DNA of 16,647 bases from Amoeboradix gromovi X-113 (Eukaryota > Fungi > Sanchytriomycota): the NCBI GenBank assembly GCA_018985225.1, contig JADGIF010000157.1, forward strand, positions 1-16,647. Reading direction: 5' to 3'. The position numbers and the translations under genes were made by a program. The notes beneath the pieces were generated by a model. It was not told where the DNA came from and did no database searches. It saw only the letters and a list, made by a program, of their open reading frames with translations. This document shows positions 8,448-16,647 of the stretch, in pieces. Every line of letters begins with the position of its first letter. Within the stretch, counting starts at the first letter, position 1.

Positions 8448-8554
8448 CCGTCTTAGGTAGTGGAATGGAGAGCAAGCACCCATGCGAAGCGACAGCGCTG
8501 CTAGTTTCTTTCTGTAAATTAATGATTTTCTCGGAAACCAGGATTCTTAGCGAG
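8448..8554 (+). ncRNA. Candidate family-2 omegaRNA scaffold, copy 3 (degraded)
   Basis: CCGTCTTAGGTAGTG...TGCTAGTTTCT...TTTTCTCGGAAACCAGGA...CGAG aligns with 3328-3436 and directly follows the RuvC-III remnant. Confidence 0.65.
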
Positions 8555-8714
8555 CAGCTTAGTACAACTACCATTCTCTTCTGATTTGGATCCCTAATCA
8601 TACGATATTCAAACATTTTAATGGCGCTGTTATATCTGTTTTAAATATATGAAATGAAATGTTCTATTATTTCACAGAAATCTCACTCGTAACAGGAGAA
8701 GTTATTCAAGATTA

Positions 8715-10028
8715 ATGACTATTTCCCATCAAAACAGACAAGGTTTACAGTCAGATCTTGCGGTTAAGGTGCATTGTGATAATTGTGCCAAGAATGTGAG
8801 TAATATTGTTAGAATAAAATGTGCTGAATGTCAAGATTTTGATTTATGCGTAGAATGCTTCAGCCAAGGAGTAGAGACCCAACTCCACAAAAATAACCAT
8901 GATTACCATATTTGTGATCCCTTAGCATTTCCAATTTTTCAAAGACACTGGAGCGCGAGTGAAGAGCTACTTTTGTTAGAAGCAATAAACGAAAAAGGCA
9001 TGGGCAATTTTAGTGATATATCAGTGTATTTGGGTAGCAAATCTATTCAAGAATGTAAGGATCACTATTACGAGGTCTATGTCGATAGCGATTATTTTCC
9101 TGTGCCTAATCTGAACAAAATGCTTAAAGATATCAAACCCATTCCATATAGAGAGGAAGATCATAAAGAAATAGCTCAAGAACTAATAAACAAACCAACA
9201 CCTTCTGTTCCAGCGAATCATGATGTTGGCGGCTACCTTGCAGGTAGATTTGAATTCGACGCTGAATACGACGCTGAAGCTGAAAATGTCATCAAGGATT
9301 TAGAAATCCTTCCTGATGATAGCGACGAAGAGAGAAGACTAAAAATAACTCTAATGGATATTTATCAAAAGTCGTTAGACTTAAAATATAGTCGTAGAAT
9401 GTTAATGTTAGAAAGAGGATTGCATGATTACAAGGCTAACTCGGCCATCGAACGAAAGAGGACCGCAGAAGAGAGGGTATTGCATAACCAAATTAAGCCG
9501 TTTCATAGATTAATGACGAAACAAGACACAGAAATATTTCTTGACGGCTTGGATCGATCTTTTAAAATGAAGCAACTCATTGATGAACTTAATGCGCATA
9601 GAAGACACAAAATATACTTTTTCCATACCCTCGAAGAGAAGAAAAAGAAAAAGGAGGACATAGCTAAACAAGTGACTAGTATACCGTCATCAGCTGTGTT
9701 GACTATGAACGCGCCGGTAGAAGACAGACCGCCTAGCTTAGATACTGCTGTAACTATTCAAAGCACTTCGCAAAATAGGCCTGCATTTGACGTAACAACA
9801 TCCGAAAATGCTAATTTGCTGGATGCGTCTGAACTAAGTGCGTGTGGGACTTTAAGGATATTACCGAAACATTACTTAATATTGAAGCATTCCATACTAA
9901 GCTACAAAGAACCGATTACTCTGAAATCGATGATAGAAGTATTGAAACTGCCGGAATTTATAGCCACTGGATTATTCGAATTCTGGAAATCATCTGGAAT
10001 CATAAAAGACAAAATGGAGGTTGAATAA
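8715..10028 (+). CDS. ADA2: Transcriptional adapter Ada2 (ZZ zinc finger, SANT, SWIRM)
   Basis: HCDNC...RIKCAEC.DFDLCVECF; WSASEELLLLEAI...GMGN; GYLAGRFEFDAEYD; SWIRM LL..SE...C..LRILPKHYL.LK. Confidence 0.95.
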   Translation: MTISHQNRQGLQSDLAVKVHCDNCAKNVSNIVRIKCAECQDFDLCVECFSQGVETQLHKNNHDYHICDPLAFPIFQRHWSASEELLLLEAINEKGMGNFSDISVYLGSKSIQECKDHYYEVYVDSDYFPVPNLNKMLKDIKPIPYREEDHKEIAQELINKPTPSVPANHDVGGYLAGRFEFDAEYDAEAENVIKDLEILPDDSDEERRLKITLMDIYQKSLDLKYSRRMLMLERGLHDYKANSAIERKRTAEERVLHNQIKPFHRLMTKQDTEIFLDGLDRSFKMKQLIDELNAHRRHKIYFFHTLEEKKKKKEDIAKQVTSIPSSAVLTMNAPVEDRPPSLDTAVTIQSTSQNRPAFDVTTSENANLLDASELSACGTLRILPKHYLILKHSILSYKEPITLKSMIEVLKLPEFIATGLFEFWKSSGIIKDKMEVE

Positions 10029-10112
10029 ATTAAGGTATGATCTGCTTTACTATTAAAACTACAATGTAAAAAATAAATTGGTATCAGTTGAAACACTGTT
10101 TTTGTCATTTTC

Positions 10113-11092
10113 ATGATTGATATGAAATATATTTCGTTGATCACTTTGGTCCTTCAAAACTCAATGCTAGTGTTAATACTGAGATACTCTAGGATTGCAA
10201 GTGACTACTTATCAACTACCGCTGTGTTACTGTGTGAAGTATCAAAATTGATCATGTCTTTATTGATTTATTTGAATGAAGATGATGGAAAAGGACAATC
10301 CACATTAGGAAAACTACAGGATATATTACATCCTAGACACCAGAGCTGGAAACTGGCAATCCCGGCTACGTTATACGCAATTCAGAACAATTTACAATAT
10401 GTAGCCGCTTCAAATCTAAGCGCAGCCTCTTTCCAGGTTACGTACCAACTGAAGATACTGGCAACCGCTCTGTGCTCAGTTTGGCTATTAAGTAGGCAAT
10501 TATCTGTAAAAAAATGGATTGCGTTAGTCATTTTAACTGTGGGAGTTGCCTGTGTTCAATTTAAAGGTGGAAACAGCAGCAGTGAAGAAGGCAATCCTAT
10601 TATAGGCTTTTCTGCAGTTCTAACCGCCTGTATCTTATCTGGATTAGCCGGTGTGTATTTTGAGAAAGTGTTGAAAACCAGTAAAACATCTTTGTGGATA
10701 AGAAATATCCAGCTTTCTGCTTGGTCTTTGATTCCTGCCAGTCTTGGTTGTATATTTGTGGATGGCTACACAATCAAAAATGACGGATTCTTTGTAAACT
10801 ACACTCAATGGGCCGTTTATGCCATAGCTTGTCAGGCAGTTGGAGGGTTAATAGTTGCATTGGTCGTGAAAGTAACCTTTTATTAATTTAGTATGCGGAT
10901 AATATTTTAAAAGGATTTGCCACTTCGTTATCCATAATATTAAGCAGCATAGCAAGTGTTTATTTGTTTGACTTTGAAATATCTCTGTTATTCTTTGTGG
11001 GTGCAGCTCTAGTTATTTATTCCACATATATTTACGGGTTGCCAGATAACACAAACTACTTGCCAGTAAAGAAGACTGATTTAAAGGAATAG
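10113..11092 (+). CDS. SLC35A-family nucleotide-sugar (UDP-galactose) transporter; join(10113..10871,10892..11092), 319 aa
   Basis: [47 protein letters not shown]. Splicing restores the conserved VVK|[12 protein letters not shown]. Confidence 0.93.
10872..10891 (+). other. 20-nt spliceosomal intron
   Basis: GTAACCTTTTATTAATTTAG; removal restores the family motif [12 protein letters not shown] in frame. Confidence 0.9.
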
Positions 11093-11184
11093 TAAATATA
11101 TCACTATCTCTAAAAATTTCAACATGCTGGTCATTCAGTAAATTATAATACTTTAATGGCTACTGTTCTTAATATTAGCCTCAT

Positions 11185-11480
11185 AAGGCGCCCTTGTAAA
11201 AACTAGGCTAGCTAGTTTTTGAAGAAGTGCCCCATAACATTACTGCATAAAAATGCAGCTAAACAGTTCCGCTATTTTATGCTCTATTGTAAAAAACGGT
11301 GAACTCCGAGTTACCTGAGATTCTGTTATCTGAGCATTGCAGCTAAATGCATTCGCATCTCGATACCTTGGTCCGCAACTACTTTAAAGTGGATGCACTG
11401 GTATAACCATTGAAGACTAAGAGAGCTTCAAGTTATGTCCAAGTAATTAGTTGCGCAACTGAGAACTATGTTCAAAGTGA
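11185..11480 (-). mobile_element. Degraded Fanzor 3'-end remnant D with family-1-type terminal hairpin
   Basis: Minus strand CGPRYRDANA (RDANA at 11348-11362), hairpin CTGCAT-N4-ATGCAG (11243-11258), terminal TATGGGGCACTTCTTCAAAAACTAGCTAGCCTAGTTTTTACAAGGGCGCC homologous to the A/B/C ends. Confidence 0.6.
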
Positions 11481-11513
11481 TTTCTAAGTGAAATTCCTCC
11501 AAGTAAACTGGAT

Positions 11514-14267
11514 ATGGGTATTATGATGATCAAATCTTTTATTTTTTCACACATGCAGTCTGAGGATTTGACTAGCATTTTACTATCCATTGTAAGCGAA
11601 TGTCCAAGCACTGCTGGTTGGATATTCTTGAAAAGTCAGATATCTAATCTTGCGGATGTTGTTCAAGCTTCTTCGGTTTGGTTTAATTGTTTAGAAATAT
11701 CAGACGACGAAGTGTTCACAAATCTTATCGGATTGATTCTTAGTGAGCGTAATAATCAGCCGATCCCTAGACTGTCTAAATCCAACAGCCAGTTCCAATT
11801 AAATGGTACTCTGATGCCTAGTGGTAATAATTATTTCAAGCTCTTATTAAGTATATATTCTAACATTGACTCTCCAACTGTATTCATTGATCATGTGTTT
11901 AATGCATTGATTGCCATTTTGTGCGATTTACCGCATTCTAGTCTTTACGATTCCCAATTTATTTTCACTTGGAGTAATAATCAGTTCACCTGTTCCTCAA
12001 TTCACTCCTTGTTTTTGGAGCTGATAACTCATTCCTCTGTGCTGCCTATCTTAACCAATATTCCATGCTTTAACCCTAGAAACGATCCCGTCATTAATAA
12101 TACCCCAAACCAGCTTCCCACCAATACGAGTGTTCACTACGTATATGAGCACACCATTATTGGCAGCATATGCAGATTCGGTCTGCTTCCTGACTATTAC
12201 GACTCTTCTAATCTCTTTCTTAGCACTGTTTCCGCAATTTCTAACCTTCCAGCAAGTAATCATCCCATTCTGGACCCTGAACTACATGATTTAACTGACC
12301 CTCCAAACACACAGTTAGCACATCACTATCTTAGTCATTGTTACTCTGAATCAATCAATTCCAGTAAATCCCTTTTTCGCAATTCACATAATAATGTAGT
12401 CAGTGCCTTGTTTAATAGTTTTAAATTAATCTTTAAATCTAATCCTACTAACAAATCTAATTTGTTACAGTTCATAGCCTTGCTGTTAAACAATAATCAC
12501 CTTCGATGTCAAACTCAAATAAATCCACTGAATGTCAGCAGCAACAACCTTTTATCCACATTAACAAGCATTCTATGTTTATTTGTGGCCCCTTTACATG
12601 ATAAACCCAACCTAATTGACTTGCTCAACTTAAATGAGAGCCCACTTATTGACATTTCTGAAGATACCATGCTGTTTGCCAATGCAAGAGAAGAAGTATG
12701 TAACGCGACATCTGCTTTAAATAGTGCCCCGAGCTTTTCTACTTCTATATTCCTTCTTGCCAGTAATGCCCTCTGTCTATCTTTTATACAAACTACAAAG
12801 TATTATATGAATGACAAGCAATCTATCATTTCCAACAACAACCCTCTTGCTCCGCAGTTCATTCAATTTCAGTCCAAGTTAATTATTAACTCCGTCAGCA
12901 GATATCTTGCATGGGATTGTGGTTTAATGAATAATTTAACAGCTATAAGCGAGTTCTATACTCTCCAAATCAACTTGTTATCTGCTGCACTGAATGAAAA
13001 ACTAATGATCCCCGAATGGATGGTTGAGAACATAATCGACTTTCATTTATTCATCATGAGGCAGTACAAATATGACAGCATAAACTATAAGCCAGTAATA
13101 GAGTTCATGATAACCATTTCGAACTGCAATAGGCTAAAAAATCCCTGGTTGAAGAGTAAATGTGTGGAGTTGTTGTTTTTGCTATCGATGATTCCCAATG
13201 AGCCTATACTAAATCAATACATATTGCTTCCCAACATTGTTGATTTGTTACTGCCTTGCTTGATTCCTTTCTACTGCATGGTGGAACAAACAGGATTGCA
13301 TAACCAATTCTATGACAAGTTTAACATCCGCCATTACACCAGTAAGTTGATAGAGTATAGTATAGCCTATGTGCAACATATGGATAAGCTGATTGAACTG
13401 AGCAACGATGGACTATTCATCAAATTCGTAAATTTATTGATGAATGATACGACATATTTGTTAGACGAGGGATTTAGTAAACTAAAGACTATAACAGAAC
13501 TGGAGGCATCTCAGCACAATGGCGGCAATGATGATTCAGATAGCCCGCAAAATACTGAGAATGTTGAGCTGCTGGCATCCACAAAAAGGCAAGCCAAGTC
13601 CCTAATTCAGCTGGCCAACATGACTAGTCATCTATTGGACTTATTGACTGCCAAAATTAAGAAGCCGTTTCTATGTTTAGAAATTGTAGATAGGCTGGCA
13701 TCAATGGTGGATTATAATCTAGAGCTACTAGTAGGAGTCAAATGTACTACCCTCAAGGTAAAAGATCCAAAGCAGTACCAGTTCGAACCCAAAACACTAG
13801 TTATGAATCTTGCCAATGTCATAGTGCATTTGGGTCACTCTTCTGAATTTCAGAGAGCAATGGCTAATGATGCCAGGTCATTTAAAATTGCTACATTTAA
13901 AAAGGTTGGCGGAGTGTTGAAACGGACAAACATAGCATCCTCCATAATGATTGAAGAGCTAGAACAGATCGTGATTACTGTAGATGGACTGCAGCGAGAA
14001 ATGGAGATGGATAACGAGGAAGAGGATTGTCCCGATGAATTTATGGACAGCCTGATGTTCTTTTGTATGAATGATCCAGTTATCCTGCCAACAAGTAAAA
14101 ACGTAGTGGACAGAAGCACAATTACCACACATCTACTATCAGATGGACACGATCCATTTAATAGACAGCCATTGAAGATCGAGGAATGCATAGAGGATGT
14201 AGAATTAAAAAAGAAAATAATGGAATGGAGAAGAGAGCGAAGAATCAAGAGGCTTGGCAATCAGTAA
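11514..14267 (+). CDS. UFD2: Ubiquitin conjugation factor E4 Ufd2 (U-box)
   Basis: PEWMVENI.DF, KNPWLKSK.VE, VEQTG.HNQFYDKFNIR, FVNLLMNDTTYLLDE, U-box PDEFMD.L...M.DPVILP...HLLSD.HDPFNRQPL. True start may be a downstream Met such as 11553. Confidence 0.95.
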   Translation: MGIMMIKSFIFSHMQSEDLTSILLSIVSECPSTAGWIFLKSQISNLADVVQASSVWFNCLEISDDEVFTNLIGLILSERNNQPIPRLSKSNSQFQLNGTLMPSGNNYFKLLLSIYSNIDSPTVFIDHVFNALIAILCDLPHSSLYDSQFIFTWSNNQFTCSSIHSLFLELITHSSVLPILTNIPCFNPRNDPVINNTPNQLPTNTSVHYVYEHTIIGSICRFGLLPDYYDSSNLFLSTVSAISNLPASNHPILDPELHDLTDPPNTQLAHHYLSHCYSESINSSKSLFRNSHNNVVSALFNSFKLIFKSNPTNKSNLLQFIALLLNNNHLRCQTQINPLNVSSNNLLSTLTSILCLFVAPLHDKPNLIDLLNLNESPLIDISEDTMLFANAREEVCNATSALNSAPSFSTSIFLLASNALCLSFIQTTKYYMNDKQSIISNNNPLAPQFIQFQSKLIINSVSRYLAWDCGLMNNLTAISEFYTLQINLLSAALNEKLMIPEWMVENIIDFHLFIMRQYKYDSINYKPVIEFMITISNCNRLKNPWLKSKCVELLFLLSMIPNEPILNQYILLPNIVDLLLPCLIPFYCMVEQTGLHNQFYDKFNIRHYTSKLIEYSIAYVQHMDKLIELSNDGLFIKFVNLLMNDTTYLLDEGFSKLKTITELEASQHNGGNDDSDSPQNTENVELLASTKRQAKSLIQLANMTSHLLDLLTAKIKKPFLCLEIVDRLASMVDYNLELLVGVKCTTLKVKDPKQYQFEPKTLVMNLANVIVHLGHSSEFQRAMANDARSFKIATFKKVGGVLKRTNIASSIMIEELEQIVITVDGLQREMEMDNEEEDCPDEFMDSLMFFCMNDPVILPTSKNVVDRSTITTHLLSDGHDPFNRQPLKIEECIEDVELKKKIMEWRRERRIKRLGNQ

Positions 14268-14277
14268 ATCAGGTTTA

Positions 14278-16453
14278 TTACAAAAACCACCAGTACTTCA
14301 AAGTATCCATCTCTAGATCAACCAAGCCATCTAGTGGTTCAGGAACTGGAGGAATGGTAGTCATCGAAGATAACAACTTGTACTGCGTGTTTAATTTGTC
14401 CTTTGTAAACGGTAGATCAAGGGCTGAGCTGTATGCCAATAGCAGATTATACAGCTCAAGTAATCTTTTGCTCGATTTATTTATAAATGCATTCAAAGTG
14501 AAATCTAAGTTATTACAAAATACCGCTCAAAGCATATTCCTTGCCTGTAGATAACGCTACCAAAACATCTTGAACATAAAGATAAACGCAAAGAGCAATA
14601 TCCACGTTGGCACCCATTTCATTCATCATATTAATAAACTTATCAGAATGTATCTGGATGTGAGCAGTGATAAACTTGACAAAATTTATCTTATTTTCCC
14701 TAGTAGTTTTATATCTACCATTGGAATGGTGTTTGCTAAGGAATGCGATGTATTCCCGCAAATACCTAGCGTAAAAGGACGACATTCTATTTTGTACGCT
14801 CTCCAATGATTGCAATACATTTTCAAGATTAGATTGAGATACAACAGATGATGGGCCATATAGTAACAGACTGTGCAGCACTAGGCAACCCCTGAATACG
14901 CTTCTTGTATTTGTAGTAGTTATGCCAATTTGACTGGTCATTCTTCTAATTTCAATCAAGAGCATAGCGATTGGATCATCTTTAACATGGAATCGCTGCC
15001 ATGACCACTTTAATAATATTCCGAGATCCTGCAGGTCTATAGATTTGATTATGTTATTGAATAAAACTGAGGGTTCATCAACAACCGAAGAAAGTTTTAG
15101 ACTGGCTTTAAGGTGTGGCTCTTGTGAAACTTGATTACTCACGGGCTGGAGATAAGTTTGTTGGCTATCAATATCGACAGCAGTTTTCTCAAATGTAGAG
15201 GTAATAGAAGGAGCTGGTATATCAATATTACCTTCAAATTGGTCCAAGGTGGGAAAATGCGATAAATTGCTGGCGACAACAGTATTTTTAGTTTCTAGTT
15301 GGTCAATTGCAGGGAATTGAGTACTTGCAATTGGAGCCTGGATACTAGCATTGTTAGGCATATTCACTTCTCCAAACAATTCGGAGTTGCTATCGGGTCC
15401 AAGTCTGTTCCTGCTTTTTCTACGCTGATGTGCCAAGTCACTCATCTGTACAGGCTGCAGCTTTAGTCCCTGGTTGTTGGCCAGCTTATTTAAGGGATGT
15501 GAGTTGGTGTTGCCTGTGGTCACTGATTGCTTAGACGCTTGTTCTTTGATAAAAATGTTTTGTAAGGGACATGGAGAGCCTTTTATTTGGCACAAATGGT
15601 TTAAAACCTGGTAGGCATCCCATCTTTCTAAAGGATCGACCCATAAACACTTTTCTAGTAGGGTTTTTACCTCGCCAGATATAGACTTGTTAGTCTGTAG
15701 CAGAAGTTGAGATATGTTGTTTGAATAACTTAAAATAGCGTATTCAGTATCAAAGGGATTGGTATAATAAAGAAGTTTATACAGCAAACATCCAATGGCC
15801 CATATGTCTACCTTTGTGCTAATACCTCGTTTTAAATGTAGATCAATCAGCTCTGGGCTACGATACTGTAAAGTTGTATGTTGATCAATATCAACCTTGA
15901 TGTCCTCAATGTTGGTTGGAATAGTATTGTATGGAATAATCTGAGTAGAGCAGCTACCGAAATCACACAAACAGAACTGAGGAGTGTACGTGTTGCTGTT
16001 CCTTTGTTGCTCTTTAAGTAAAACGTTTTCCAATTTGATATCACGATGAATTATATTGAGAGAATGAAGAAAATAGAGACCCTGTATCACATCGTATACC
16101 GCATGAAGCACAGAAGTTAAAGGTATGTGGTTTGGTAACAAAGTATTCATATATTGGACAAGATTCATTTTACAATACTCTAGTAGCAAACAAGCACGGT
16201 ATTGATTTACCTCACCAGCTATGAAACCGACGATGAAAGATTGTAAGTAATCGGAATTAGTCTTCTTTAAAGCGCTTAAAATATTCAATTCTTTGGCTAT
16301 ACTGACCATGTGTTCTGGAGAAGAAGTTATCTTTAACACTGCCATACTTGAAGGTGTTTGGCAGAGGAACACTTGACTAAATGACCCTGCATCAAGATAT
16401 TTAACCACATGAATAGGAACACTATCTACATGATCCAAACTGTTATTTTGCAT
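14278..16453 (-). CDS. Ark1/Prk1 (NAK) family Ser/Thr kinase with C-terminal ANTH-like domain; exons 16453-14524 and 14504-14278, 718 aa
   Basis: GSFSQVFL, IIHRDIKLENVL, LCDFGS, HTTLQYRSPELIDL...ISTKVDIWAIGCLLYKLLYYTNPF (NAK signature). A 19-nt intron joins ORF 14513..16453 to ORF 14278..14496 in frame. Confidence 0.88.
14505..14523 (-). other. 19-nt spliceosomal intron
   Basis: GTATTTTGTAATAACTTAG, phase 1; splicing gives ...YALS-D-FTLNAFINK... Confidence 0.8.
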
Positions 16454-16471
16454 GTTTCAAATATTCAATTT

Positions 16472-16647
16472 GGGACACCAAATATAAAAACTAGACTAAC
16501 TCGTATTTAAAGGTGCTCCATACGGAGGAATGCTATCATTAATAAAAGATCTTCTTCTATTATACCAAGATTCTTTCATTGATTGTATTCCTCTTTTCAA
16601 AATAAAACTAGAAGACCCACTATCTCTTTCAAATATATGAGGTCTTT
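16472..16647 (-). mobile_element. 3' end of family-1 Fanzor element C (continues beyond window)
   Basis: Close copy of 3934-4110. Encodes RPHIFERDSGSSSFILKRGIQSMKESWYNRRRSFINDSIPPYGAPLNTS* with the stop at the TIR edge. Confidence 0.9.

Noticed and set aside
5275-16044. Short ORFs overlapping the main genes (5275, 6211, 9842, 9902, 12051, 13850, 14186, 14570, 15847) and ORF 8422..8616
   Set aside because: Antisense or alternate-frame shadows of conserved CDSs, or antisense to RNA copy 3; no motifs.
1493-16453. Stop-codon reassignment as the explanation for split genes
   Set aside because: Conserved genes end at TAA/TAG where expected, and the two split genes change frame, which GT-AG micro-introns explain.

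Overview
AT-rich, very compact eukaryotic genomic DNA, fungus-like by gene content (probably an early-diverging lineage; that placement is inference). It carries seven host genes: FCP1 CTD phosphatase, a TFIIIC Tfc6-like WD40 protein, a small CENP-C/Mif2-like cupin, ADA2, a UDP-galactose transporter, UFD2, and an Ark1/Prk1 (NAK) kinase with a C-terminal ANTH-like domain. Two genes are completed only by removing 19-20 nt GT-AG introns, and poly(A) signals overlap or abut stop codons. Element-free intergenic gaps are only 10-84 bp. Every larger intergenic block instead holds remnants of eukaryotic OMEGA (Fanzor/TnpB) elements from at least two families. Family 1 is Fanzor1-like, has GGG-ended TIRs, and its ORF runs into a covarying 3' terminal hairpin. 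Family 2 is Fanzor2/IS607-TnpB-like and is followed by a ~105-nt structured RNA seen in three copies with compensatory base changes (candidate omegaRNA). No intact full-length nuclease or transposase lies inside the window. All family assignments come from motif recognition by eye, not database searches.
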